NCBI GenBank assembly: GCA_040954595.2
Contig: CM082589.2
Span: 11,792,894-11,856,893 of the forward strand
DNA from: Balanoglossus misakiensis
Taxonomy: Eukaryota; Animalia; Hemichordata
Direction: 5' to 3'
DNA: 64,000 bases
Below are positions 49,301 through 62,200 of the stretch, piece by piece; the stretch's first letter is position 1; each line of letters begins with the position of its first letter. A program made the translations under genes and the position numbers. The notes below the pieces were generated by a model. It was not told the origin of the DNA, did no database searches, and worked only from the letters and a program-made list of their open reading frames with translations.

Positions 49301-49813
49301 TCTGACTTGATCAACGTGGTCAATGAACGCCTGTTTCTGCTCTAGAGTGCAGGGGCTTCAGCTGAGCCAGGCCGTAGGAAACCCGACGTGATTACCGTTG
49401 TTAACTTACGCCAGTCTGTGTCCTATATATAGTGCCGGGGCATCAGCCGTGCCAGGCCGAAGGAAATGTGAGTAGATCAACGTGGTCTCTGTACGCGTGT
49501 TTCTGCTCTAGAGTGCCAGGGCTTTAGCCAAGCCATGCCGTAGGAAATCTGACTTGATCAACGTTGCTAACGAACGCTAGTGTCTGTCATAGTGTGCCGG
49601 GGTTTCAGTCGAGCCAAGCCGTAGGAGATCAGACTTGATCAACGTGGTCTCTGTACGCGTGTTTCTGCTCTAGAGTGCCGGGGCTTTATCCAAGCCATGC
49701 CGTAGAAAATCTGACTTGATCACCGTTGCTAACGTACGCTAGTGTCTGTCATATTGTGACGGAGATTTAGCCAAGCCAGGCCCTAGAAAAATCGACTTGT
49801 TCAACGTTACCAG
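46394..49813 (+). repeat. ~2-kb macrosatellite segment
   Basis: Poly-C landmarks lie at ~46750 and ~48800 with the same unit structure. The segment ends at the BEL-2 target site ACCAG. Confidence 0.95.
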
Positions 49814-52800
49814 TGTAGTAACCTCGATGTGCCGTCTCAAATGGTGCCCTAATTCACATCAAAGGCCACAGGGTTCTATAGTATTTGCCGTTAACTAACT
49901 GGAGCTCACCATCGCCGACGAACATTCCTTGTCAGATGTCACAGAAAACGCTGCTCGGAACTTTACACGAACATTTAATGACTGAACACACAACACTGGC
50001 ACTGGATGATGCGTCGCGGTGGTTGAAGTTTCCGTAGAAAACTGGCAAAAATCCCCAGGCTAACTGTGCAAAAGTCCTCACATGTGCGCCATGGAATTTT
50101 CCAGATATTTTCTAAACAAAAGCGCATGCGCTAATGTACTCACAGCGCGAGGGCGCTAGACTAAATATTTCAGTTTCTCTAAGAACTGGGCGTCCTTACA
50201 CCAGCCCCCAAATTGTTCATCAAAAAACATTAACAATTTCCATCCTAGCAAATTCAAAACGCCAACATCCATATGTGCCGAAATTACATATCAAATAGAA
50301 ATTACAAAACAATATCTATAAATATCTCGAAACGCGAAGTCGAAAGTTTTTCAGGAAACGCGAATACAAGAATCCTTTTCTTCATGAATGTGATGATACA
50401 TCCTAGACCATGCCCAGACCTCGTCCGGTCAATCATGCTGCCAAGCATGATATCCAACACATCTGTACTTCAAAGATGAGATCAAACGCTGGACGTAGTG
50501 GATAGACTGGCCACTACTTGAGATCGTTGTTATTACAGCTGCTGGTAACTGCAACCATACCAATACCACTAAGTCTGTGCTTCCAACAATGCACAACTTA
50601 TCATATGGTCTTTCTAAAACACTGGATCTGGTCTTCACCAATACTCGTCTCACCACCCCTTTCCGATCAGGCATAACTTTGACGATTACACCCAAAGGCC
50701 ACGCATTTCTGGAGGTGTTCTCCTCCTTTTCCAATACAAATCTGACAGATACTGCACTTGCTTCCATCTGTGTACAGCATACAAGTCGTTCTTCTCCGTC
50801 ACACCAGGGGGTGTTGCTACTCCCTTCATAGTAAGCAACATACTGGGTGTCAATGCTTTTGAGTCTCTAGCGTCGTCCGACGATACTGTAATCTCATGCG
50901 GTCCATCTGTACGACGACTTTTGTTCTTGGCACATCTCAACAATGTGTCAACCACTTTACGTATCCAGGCCACTGCTTTCTTCAGTTTATACCAACTGGA
51001 GTAGTGGTCTATCATTTTCTGAACCGTCTCCTCGGCATTAACGGACATGGATCGATCCGCCCCTTTGTCAGGCGTCTGTCGTTCTCCCGAAACAACAGGT
51101 ACTGTTCCCAACACACGGGTACAGTTTCTTCTTCCGACCTCAAGGCTATTCTATGCACTAGTGCAGATTTCTTCACCTCTGGATCTTCTGGATCTAGCTG
51201 TGTATTGTAGCTATCACTTGGCCATTTGTCTTGTGTCTTCCGCAAGAAATCAGGACCACCTATCCATCTTTCGTTCTTCAGAAAAGCATCTATTTTCTGA
51301 CCTCTAGAGCACTCATCTGCCGGGTTGTCACTGGTATTAATGTAGCGCCAGTTCGCTGGGTCTGATCCTCCTCGAATCACTGCTAGTCTATTCGCCACGA
51401 AGGCATGAAATCTTGTGGTTTCGTTGTTTATGTACCGCAGCACGGTTTTGCTATCCGTTCAAAACACGGATTCATTGATTGGCAAATCCATCTCCTTTCT
51501 GAGAAGTTTGTCAAGCCTCACTGCTACAGTAGCTGCAGTTAATTCCATTCGTGGGATCGATATTTGCTTCAATGGAGCCACTCTTGCTTTGGCCATCATC
51601 AAAGTGCTGTGGATGTTTCCGCTTTTGTCGATCAACCTAAGATATGATACAGTGCCATATCCATTTTCGCTGGCATCAGCAATGTGATGTAGCTGAGCTG
51701 TGTCTACTTCACCAAAGTGCTCGGGCTTTATACATCTGGGTACTGGGAAACACTCTTCTAATTTCGGTAGATCCCTCAACCAATTCTCCCACACTTTGCG
51801 TTGTTTTCCAGGAATATCATCATCCCAGCCTAGTTTTGCTTTACACAGCTGCTGCAAAAGCATCTTGGGTGGCAGAAGCGCTGGTGCTGCCATGCCCAGT
51901 GGGTCGTATAATGAACTAACCACTCCCAGAATTCCTCGTCTGGTCGCTGGTTTCTCTTTAGTACGATTTCTGAATCCGAATTCGTCAGATTCCACGTTCC
52001 ATTGCATACCGAGTGCATGCTCCATTGGCAAGTCATCTCGCTCCAAGTCTAAGTTCTTCACCTCTATCGCCCTTCGTTCTTCAGGTATTGCTTCCAAAAC
52101 TGGACGCGTATTGCTGATCCACTTTGTGAGCTTGAACCCTGATTTCTTACAGGTGTCTGTCAGCCCTTCAGCCAAAGACTTTCCTTCCATCACTGTTGAT
52201 GCTGCCTTCAACATGTCATCAACGTAGAAGTTTCTAGATATGGTGTTCTTGACACTCAGATCAGAAGTATTGTCTGAAGCTTTCTTCAACGCGAAGTTTG
52301 CACAACTGGGTGACGATGTAGCCCCGAAGATGTGCACTGTCATTCGGTACTCGACAGGAGGTTCCTCTACATTACCATTAGGCCACCACAGAAAACGCTG
52401 GAAATCTCGGTTTTCTTGCGACACGCCAACTTGAGAGAACATAGCCTCTATATCTGACATCAGTGCTATCCGCTCTTCACGAAAACGTATAAGCACTCCT
52501 ACAAGTGAACTGGTCAGATCCGGTCCTTGCATTAATTCCTTGTTCAAAGAAGTTCCCTTGTATTCTGCACCACAGTCGAAGACTACCCGGATTTTCTGTT
52601 TCTGTGGATGGTATACTCCATGATGGGGAAGATACCATTTCTTTCCAGGATTGCCTTCCAATTCTTCCTGTGGCACCCTTTCAGCATAGCCTTTGTCTAT
52701 AATACTTTCCATGAAGGTAGTATATTCTTGACGATAGTCATCGTTGTTTCTAAATTTCTTTCCCAACTGAGAAAGCCGATATTCTACTGCCACTTTGTTG

Positions 52801-55032
52801 TTTGGCATCGTAACACCGTCATCACGAAACGGTAATGGCACCTGGTAATGACCATCAACAAACTGCGTTTGTTCGTACGCAATCCTCATGAACTTTCTAT
52901 CTTCAACCGAAACTTCGGGTTTGTCATTTATGATGCGCTCGCTGAACTCGTGATTGAAGAGGTTGATTAACTGCTGATCAATCGCCGGTCCAACTTGTAT
53001 TCCACAGACTGTTGCGGCAGTTTCATTTTCTGACACGCCAGCCCCCGTAAGGAAACCATTTACGAACCAGCCTAAACGGGTACGTACGGCAAATGGTCCA
53101 TCTCCATTACTGTTTATCACTTCCCATGGTTCAAACGCTTCAGGAACGTTACCACCGATGAGTAGGCCTATTTCCGCATCTATCTCAGGCAGGCGTACCT
53201 TACGCAAATAAGGATACTTGCCAATGTCATCTTGTGTAACGATGAGATCTTTCGAAGCAGGAATTTTCTCTTGCGTATATGTAGCTGGAAGTTTGATGAT
53301 GTAATGCTCATCAAGATCTGAAACTTCTAGACCCTTGATAACACGACTATCAGCTGATTTACTTCCAGTGATAGTGTTTAGCATAATCTTTGTTTTCTTA
53401 CCACCGACGTTCAGTTGTCGACGAAGTGTTTCCGTACAGAATACTGTGTCACTGCCGTTGTCAATAAAGGCGTACGTTTGTACACTAAGACCACTCGATC
53501 TACATTTAACCTTGACGGGAATAATCACGGGTTTATATGCACACTCTCCATTCCCCGCAGATCTACATGATGCGTCAATCATCCCCACATTCGTTAACAC
53601 GGGTTTTCCAGACTGGTCTTTGGTTTTGTTGAAGTGCAACACGGTCAGATGCAGCTTGCCACATTTTTCACAAGTCAGCTTGCTTGTACAGTCTTTCACC
53701 ATATGTTTTCCATCTTTCAGGCAACCAAAACATAACCCTTTTGTTTTTATGAGCCGTTTCTTGTCATCGTAAGCCTTGGAGGCAAACACTTGACAGTCTT
53801 GAAATTCATGTGTACTGTCTGCACAACACAAACACGGAGTAACAGTCTCTGTGCTGACTGTGTAGGCGTTGCGTCTTTGTGTACCACTAGTTGCTTTCTT
53901 GATGTTCTTTGCTCCCTTGTCCTTGGATGGAATGCCGGCGAGGTTACCAAACACCTCTTGGGACATTATCTTGGCTTCCCTGTTGACAAATTCCACAAGA
54001 TCTTTGAACTGCACTGATCGTTGTTGTACGATACTGTATGTTCTGCTGCGCCACCGGTCTCTCAACTTGAAAGGCAGTTTGTAAACCAACATTTGCAAGT
54101 TTTTGTAGTGGTTGAGCTCTCTCAGATGTGATTCACCTTTCATAGCATTTTCACACTTGGTCAAGAAAAGAGCGAAATCTTTCAAAGCGGTCTTATCCTC
54201 GGATTTCTGCTTGCTTGGTGTAGGCTCTGGCCGTCACGTATGGATTGCCGAACTCAGTTTCAAGCAATTTTCTGGCTCTTTCGTATCCTTCATTCGCTTC
54301 CATGTGAATGCAACTGCTCACTATTTCTCTCGGTTCACCACGTGTATACTGCTCCAAGTAATACAAACGATCATCAGGATCTTCAGTGTTAGATTCTATG
54401 CCATGCCGAAAGGCACGTATAAATGATTTATACTGCAATGGGTCCCCATCGAACACGGGTATCGATTGCGGTGGTAAAGCGGCACGCTTGTTATGCTCAA
54501 ACAACAGTTTAGTAACTGTGGCTAGGTTATGATCACTACAGGAACTGTGGCTGCTATTGCTACCTGTACACGAACCAAGGTCAGGACTGAATTTCGTCTG
54601 CTTGTTTACATCGGGTTTTCTTTTTTCTGGACTGCATACAATGCTGTCGACAGGACTATCAGACTTAGTAACGTTGGGACTATCACATGTGTGGAAACTA
54701 CCCAAGTTGCTAGCACTTGAACTCTTCATCTTGATGTTGCCCCGAAATGCAGCGGGTGTCTTAAAGAGATCTTGTAGGTTGTATTCTTGTAAACTACTTT
54801 CATCTTCACCATTTTCAAAATGACGATACACTTCGATTATTGCATTCTGTTCAGCAATTTCTGTTTTGATTTCCAACAATTGTTTTTGTTTGTTTATTTT
54901 GGATTGTTCTTCGTTTATTTTGAATTCCAATTCGTCTAATTTCTGTTTTTCCTCCAAACCTGCCATACGAGTCATCAGTTCTGCCCGTTTCACTGCGGCT
55001 GCGATTATAGATGCCTTGCTATTAATACTACT

Positions 55033-58020
55033 CAGTCTGATTTCAGGGTACCTAATTTACATGCATTTGCATAAAATCATTTCAAATGAACAGCGCCCCC
55101 GTGCTTAAGTATGTGTCCGTTAGGATTTTTTCCCGAGGTACCGATAATCTCACTTTTCCAGCTTAATACTGCGTTAGAAGAATTATTCTCATCCCGAAAC
55201 TGACGTATACCCGGTAAGTTGCTGTTTCTATCATATTTCACGCCATTGTTAGTCCAAAGAATTAGGTTATACGCGTTTCGAGTGGTGTGCCCGTACGGAC
55301 TTTCACGATTTTTCCGTGATTTTCAACACTGCCCCGCGTCTAAGTGCCGGTTTTTAAAAATCGAAAATTGACATAAATCGTTGAGTTGATTATTGTTTTA
55401 TCGAAATTTGCGTATTTTTAGTCTGCTCAAGGTCCGGAAAAATTGCGAACGCCTGTTTACTGAATGTGTGTATGTACCGTGTTCTAACATGGCGGCGGAA
55501 GGAATCCATACCCGGAAGTAGCGAATGCGCGACTGTGGCAAGCTATTTTAGATCATTATGTCCCAGTCCAATTTCGTAATTTTCTTGCTGAGAGCTCTGA
55601 TTGGACATGATTTTTGGCGCAATGATGGGACAGTAGGTGTCCAGACGTCATCGTAGACCTTAAAGGGACAAAGTCTCTCTCTAGCTGCCTTTTTTCCATT
55701 AATTATATTTGATACAAGACACCGTTTGTTATTCTACATGTGGATATATAGTGAATCAACGTTCAACCACACACAACTTCCATCCCTCTTATAGACAGGA
55801 GAGTGAAAAAACTCGCCAAAATGAATAATCGTTCTTTACCATTTATTCATTTTGGGCGAGTTTTTACTCTCATATCTTACAAGTGGGATGGAAGTTGTGT
55901 GTGGTCGAATGTAGATTTACTATATATCCACATGTACATTAACATAAACAGTGTCTTGTATCAAACATAATTAGTGGAAAAAGGGCAGCGAGAGAGAGAC
56001 TTTGTCCCTTTAAGTAAGCGCGCCGGAGGGAAAGTTTCCCGGGCAGCATCATTCCTTGCTTGGCGTGCACTGTTGCAGCAGTGTCGTGTGTGTGTGGAAG
56101 CCGGAGCAAGTGTTTCTCAAATCTCTTGTTGAGAACTTCACCAATAATTATCGTACGCCTTACAGTTTGTTTCTTTGTCTTTCAGGAGACAACGAAGAAA
56201 GAAGTGCGTCTGTGCTGATCGATCGGTGTTTTACTTTTAGTGAGTCTGCGTGTAGTGTGGTTGGTGGCCAGTTCCCACACTTTTTTGCATTCAGGAGTTT
56301 CCTTTATTAATCTTGCTTTCCTCAGTTGTTACCTTTTATATATTATATTGTATTTATTTGACAATAAAAATTAAAAAGGTAAATTTCATTAACTGTTATT
56401 GTTTGAGTATTACTGAACAGGCATTTTCCAGTATGTGTAGGAGTAGTCTGTGTGGTTTTAGCTTGACTGACAATTGTCTAGTCTGCACTGTGCAGAGTTT
56501 TTGTGAACTGATATTTAGTCTAGTCTTTGCAGGGTGTGTGTGTGTGTGAACTGGCATTTGTCTGGGCTGTCTGTGCAGAGTGACAGTGAAAGGCTTTTGT
56601 CCAGTCTGGGCATAGTAACTGATTGGGCATTTATCAGTCTGTCTATGCAAGTCATATTTTTCTATAGTCATTTTCAGTCTTTTAACTGCAACATACTTTG
56701 TCTTTGTGAAGCTTTTCATAATGGTGAGAAAAGGGGTCGTTTGTGTTTTCCTCCAAGAGTAGAGATAGTTTGCTGGTTTTAAATAGACTGCTGAGGTCTA
56801 TGGCAAATGCCACAGATGGAAGGAATAACATTCTAAACTCCATAAAGACCACTATACATAACAAACTGTGAAAACACTAGAAGTGGTAAAAACACCAGTA
56901 GAAGTTATATTGACAGAGTAAGTGAAGATGATTCAATTCTAGAAATGATTATGAATGAAGAAATGGTGGATACTTTTGAAACGTTTGACATACTAGAGAT
57001 AGAAGAGGTAGAACAGGAATACCAATTACCTGAGGAAGATTTACAAGAGAGTACAACAAATGCATATGAAAAATGATACAAATAATTACAGTGATTATTC
57101 AGATATGGAGTTAGAAAACTAAATGTAGAATTATAAGGCTGGCAATAATTTTATTGATTGAAAAAATATACATAAAATTCTTAAATTAGAAATAATCAAA
57201 AAGAAAAAAAAATGTTTTTAAAAATTGCCAAATTACCAATCAATGTCAGAAAAAGGAGAGTTGGACCAGTGTAGTCTGTTGTAGTACACCATGATTTCAT
57301 TGTCAGATACACCTCACAGTCACCACTATGCATACTATGTACATACTGTCTATGCAGACCGCCACTTATCCGGGTTAATCTCTAAAACACATGAATATCC
57401 ATTGTCAAAACCTAGGCTGTTATCGAGCATTGATTGTCTCATAACTCATCTGCAATGTTATGTTCAGTGTAAAGTCCCGGCAGACTGCCGGTGACTGTGA
57501 TTTGATCTGCCGAGTTTCCGTGTTACGCAATCGAAACACCCTTACGGAGGTCCTATACATATAGTATGTTGCTTGAGAGGTCACATTCAACACTGCCCCG
57601 CGTCAAAGTGCTTCACCGTAGGCAAACCAAACTTGGCACAGTTATAGCTAATACATAGACCATGTGAAAAACCGTATTTACGCTTCTGCTCAAGACCCTC
57701 TAATTTTTGTATCGCTTCACAAAAATTAGCATTCACATTCATAACATCGTACGATCGAGTCACTGCCACATCGCCAGTATGCAGGGTTTCAAAATAATTT
57801 ATTACAGCTGAAACGAGCGTCATAAAACGTAAGACAACATCCTTTTAGACAATAATTGGTGGAAAACGAACCTTGTCATCCAAAATTAAAGCGTGTACAC
57901 CTCTTTTCATGCCAGCATGCAGGTTTCAAGTTTTCGGTAGGCCGCCATATTGGATAGAAGTGAAAACGAGGCTCTCTGTTGTAAGATTTTGGCGAATTTC
58001 AATAGGCTGAGATCAGACTG
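55033..58020. mobile_element. Non-autonomous TIR DNA transposon (unclassified; CAG ends, 4-bp TSD) nested in BEL-2 gag
   Basis: TIRs are CAGTCTGATTTCAG and CTGAGATCAGACTG (13/14 match), and the TSD is TACT (55029-55032 and 58021-58024). Removing it restores the gag reading frame. Confidence 0.9.
55664..56009. mobile_element. Kolobok-like palindromic MITE
   Basis: TTAA flanks both sides (55660-55663 and 56010-56013) and the termini are AGGGACAAAGTC...GACTTTGTCCCT. Almost the whole 346 bp is an imperfect inverted repeat. Confidence 0.85.
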
Positions 58021-59219
58021 TACTACCACGTGAGGACACGTGTGATGACACTCTGCTTGATCTTGCTGATTTAAATCTAGGTGTCTTACTACCAATATGG
58101 GACACGCTATCTTCTGGCCCCACAGTGTCTGCCAACATGGAATCATGCAGCCCATGGCGAAATAGCCAGGTGTCAACTACATGCTGAAATTCATCAAACC
58201 CAGTCATACGTGGTAATGACCAACTGGTATACATATGTTGTTTTTCTTTTTCATCCAATGACTCATGGTATTTGACATCAGCCTCTTTGAAGTTTTCAAA
58301 GGCAACTTCACATTCTTTCATTTTAGTTTTCACCAAAATACCATTGACTTTATCTTCCATCAGAGATGTTATCTGATTCATCAATGTTGTTACTCTACCA
58401 TAGATGTGTGATCTGGTAGTTTTCAATCTTTCTCTTTCAGCTTCTTTGTGCTTGTCTGTTTTTATGGAGACACGCTTGGTGTTTTCTGGATTACCAGTAA
58501 ACAAATCATTTTTCTCTGTTTCCACCATGACCTTTGTATCATCATTGGTGGCCATTTTGCTTCTTATTCTGTATAAATTCACTGTGCTGAATGATACCCA
58601 ATGCGCCCTGTACGTACGATATGCGCGGTCGAGTACTAGTATGACACAATGACCTTGAAGCTTCTGACATGCGCAGTGGCGTCTTGACCACGAACGCCAG
58701 TTTTCCTCAGCTGAGCCGAGTCCAATGTACTGCTAGACAGGAAAATACTGATAATAAATCGCTGTCCTACCAGATTCTTTCTACCAATCTTCCGAAGGTG
58801 ACAGTTTCTGCCCGGTCGATCACAGTTTTCTACTGTAGTAACCTCGATGTGCCGTCTCAAATGGCGCCCTAATTCACATCAAAGGCCACAGGGTTCTATA
58901 GTATTTGCCGTTAACTAACTGGAGCTCACCATCGCCGACGAACATTCCTTGTCAGATGTCACAGAAAACGCTGCTCGGAACTTTACACGAACATTTAATG
59001 ACTGAACATACAACACTGGCACTGGATGATGCGTCGCGGTGGTTGAAGTTTCCGTAGAAAACTGCCAAAATCCCCAGGCTAACTGTGCAAAAGTCCTCAC
59101 ATGTGCGCCATGGAATTTTCCAGATATTTTCTAAACAAAAGCGCATGCGCTAATGTACTCACAGCGCGAGGGCGCTAGACTAAATATTTCAGTTTCTCTA
59201 AGAACTGGGCGTCCTTACA

Positions 59220-62200
59220 ACCAGTGTGCAACTATAGTGTCAGGGTTTTAGCCGACTTATGCTGTAGGAAATCTGAGTTGATGAACGGGAATTCAATGTT
59301 AGAAAACCCGTGTGGAAAGTATCTCTACCCGTTCGAAACTAAGAAAAGAATTTATTAGGGCCCAAGCGCACGCAAGCGCTTGGGCCCTATTGGTTTCGTT
59401 GGAATTTTTCTTTCTTTCTTTCTTTCTTTATTCTTGTGTCAATTCTTTGGGCAACGAGATCTCAGACACCGCTGCAGGTACACTTCTCAAACTTGCTACA
59501 GTGGTCAAGGTCAATGAGTAGATGTGCAGTGACTTGTGAATACTTAATTAGTCACGTGAGCTGGCGGCCATATTGGATTTTCTGAAAAAATGCAAATCTC
59601 AGATCTCAGAAACTACAAATCAGATCGACTTCAAATTTGGCATGCAGGTAGACTACCTTCTACCCATCAATGTTGTAATTGGAAATTTTGCTGTCAATGT
59701 TGCAGTTTTTTTGCTACAATTTTTTTTCTGAAATCTGGCTGAAATTTCAAAAATCTTCTTCTCCAGAACCGGTGATAACCGAGACACAGGGTTTAGAGTA
59801 TGTGGTCACCTAACTGATGTCTATCAAGTTTGCGAAGATCATTGGGATTGGTCGAAGATTATGGCGGCCATATTGGATTTTCAAAAAACCATAGTAAAAC
59901 TTAAAAAATCTTCTTCTTCAGAACCGGTAATTACCAAGACACACGGTTTGGGGTATGTGGTCACCTAACTGATGTCTATCAAGTTTGCGAAGATCATTGT
60001 GATTGGTCAAAAATTATGGCGGCCATATTGGATTTTGTAAAAAGCAGTGAAAAATTGAAATTCCTTTTTCTAGTCTAAAAATTGATAGCATACAAATTCT
60101 TTATATGGATATCAATCGTCATGTGACTAAAATATGTTACAAATTTTTGGCGATTTTTCACATGACCTTTGACCTACTTTTCACATTATTATTTCTGCAT
60201 ATCTATTTCCAGGCTAACCTGTAGGGCTAGACATTTGGTTTTTGATGCATGTGGATTAGTGTGTGATCAAAATATTTTGCTACTTTTCATGACCCCTATG
60301 ACCTCTGCTGACCTCATTAATTATGTGCATAGCTAATTACAGGCGAACCAATAGAGCTAGAGGTTTGGTTTTTGTTGGACATGGACCAGTATGGGATCAA
60401 AATTTTTGCCCAAATTTTGGGTGACCTCTGGTGACCTTTGACCTACTTTCGCATATCTCAGCATCCAGAGCAGATACAGCCATGGCATTTGGCAGGATGG
60501 GACCAAAATGTAAAGCCACATTTTTGGGTCATCTGTTACACCTGCTGACCTCATTAAATATGCACATACCTAATTACAGGCGAACCAATACAGCTAGAGT
60601 TTTGGTTTTTGTTGGACATGGACCAGTATGGGTAAAAAAAAATTACCCAAATGTTTGGTGACCTCAGATGACCTTTGACCTACTTCACCCTATTTCAGCA
60701 GCAAAAATACATACGTCCTTGTTATGTCATGAGATAATACACCCGATAGAAAATTATATTTCTTCTCATTCATACTGTGCATATATAATTCGAGATCAGC
60801 GCTTGGGCCCGACAATGCTGCTTGCAGCTTTAATTCTTATTTATTTTGTAAAAAAGACAATATTTCGAAAAAAAGTCGAAAATGGTAATTTTGTCTTGGG
60901 TGATTAAAATTATACTGCCTTTTCTGGAATTTCAGCACTTTTTACAAGAGAACGACACTTCATGCTCCATAATATTTCCGAAAATGAAGAAAAGAGTTTA
61001 TTTTTTGATGATTTTTTAAAAATTTACCATTTTTGTCAAAATATGGCCAAAATGGCTATTTTTTCTTGAATTCCGTCAATATCTCTGCATTTTTGGAGTG
61101 GTCGAAAGTTTTAACATACAATCAACATGTCATATATGATCAGGGCACCAAATTCGAAGAACAAAGGTGTTTTTTTTATTTTTTTTTCTTCTAAAAATGA
61201 CATTTTCAAGGAAAATTTTGTCTGCAGTGAGCCATATTAGACTGTCTTTTGTGGAATTTGTATCGATATATACATACGAAGAGCATTCTATACTCCATCA
61301 GATTTCCGAAAATGTAGAAAACAGGTATTTTTTGTAATTTTCAAAAATTTACCATTTTGACCAAATTGTGGCTAAAATTGTTATTTTCGTGTTGAATGCC
61401 GCCAGTGTCACTGCTTTTAAAAGTCATAAAAACTTTTAACATACAAGCAATTGTTTATATATGATGAGGTCACCGAATTAAAAAAATAAAGAATGTTTTG
61501 CCTAAAAATGACCTTTTAGGTGCAAAAACGAATAAAACGTAATTTTGTATTAAATCAGCTCATTCAGAGTGCATTTTTTATAATCAGCACCATTTTTACA
61601 TATGATGGAAATTTCATACATCATCAGATATCCAAATATGAAAAAATGATTTAGATTTTAGATGATTGTCCAAAATTAGCTGATATCTAATAAATGTAGT
61701 ATTGAACCGTTCTGTTCCCTCCCCCCCCCCCTACATTATATGCGGTACGCCGATGTCAGCTTACCCGGCAGTACTGCAGGCCGTGCCCCCAACTAACGTC
61801 GGTGTTTGAAACGCCCTAGTAAAATTCGGGCTTTCTCTATAAATTGACAGGCAATAATGCAGTCCTACCCGAACAAATGTCGAGTGTTGACCCGCTGTGA
61901 CTTTCCCTCTTCGGTTTGCCCGATTAGCCAACGTCTTTGTACTAGAGTGTCGGGTCTTTTGCAGAGCCAGGCCGAAGGAAATCCGACTTGATCACCGTTG
62001 CTAACGAACGCTAGTGTCTGTCATGGTGTGCCGGGGTTTTAGTCGAGCCAGGCCGTAGGAGATCTGACTTGATCATCGTGGTCAATGTACGCGTGTTTCC
62101 GCTCTAAAGTGCCGGGGCTTCAGCTAAACCAGGCCGTAGGAAATCCGACGTAATCACCGTTGAAAACTTACGCCAGTCTGTCTCATATAGAGCCGGTGCA

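Larger units (their letters stand above)
50429..58555 (-). pseudogene. BEL/Pao family-2 gag-pol, disrupted, integrase core deleted
   Basis: The gag N-terminus (58021-58555) rejoins in frame at 55028 once the nested element is removed (RGSSINSKA). Motifs include FDGDP, CFGCLK..H..C, FIDNGS, YLPHHGV, DIEAMF, FYVDD and HIADAS. There is a stop at 51459 plus frameshifts, and the protein jumps from the post-RNase H region straight to ALTPSMLL with no integrase HHCC/DDE core. Confidence 0.92.
49814..59219 (-). mobile_element. BEL/Pao LTR retrotransposon, family 2
   Basis: It has TG...CA LTRs at 49814-50200 and 58834-59219 with about 4 differences, a 5-bp TSD ACCAG (49809-49813 and 59220-59224), and a PPT-like TGGGGGCTGG next to the 3' LTR. 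Confidence 0.96.
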
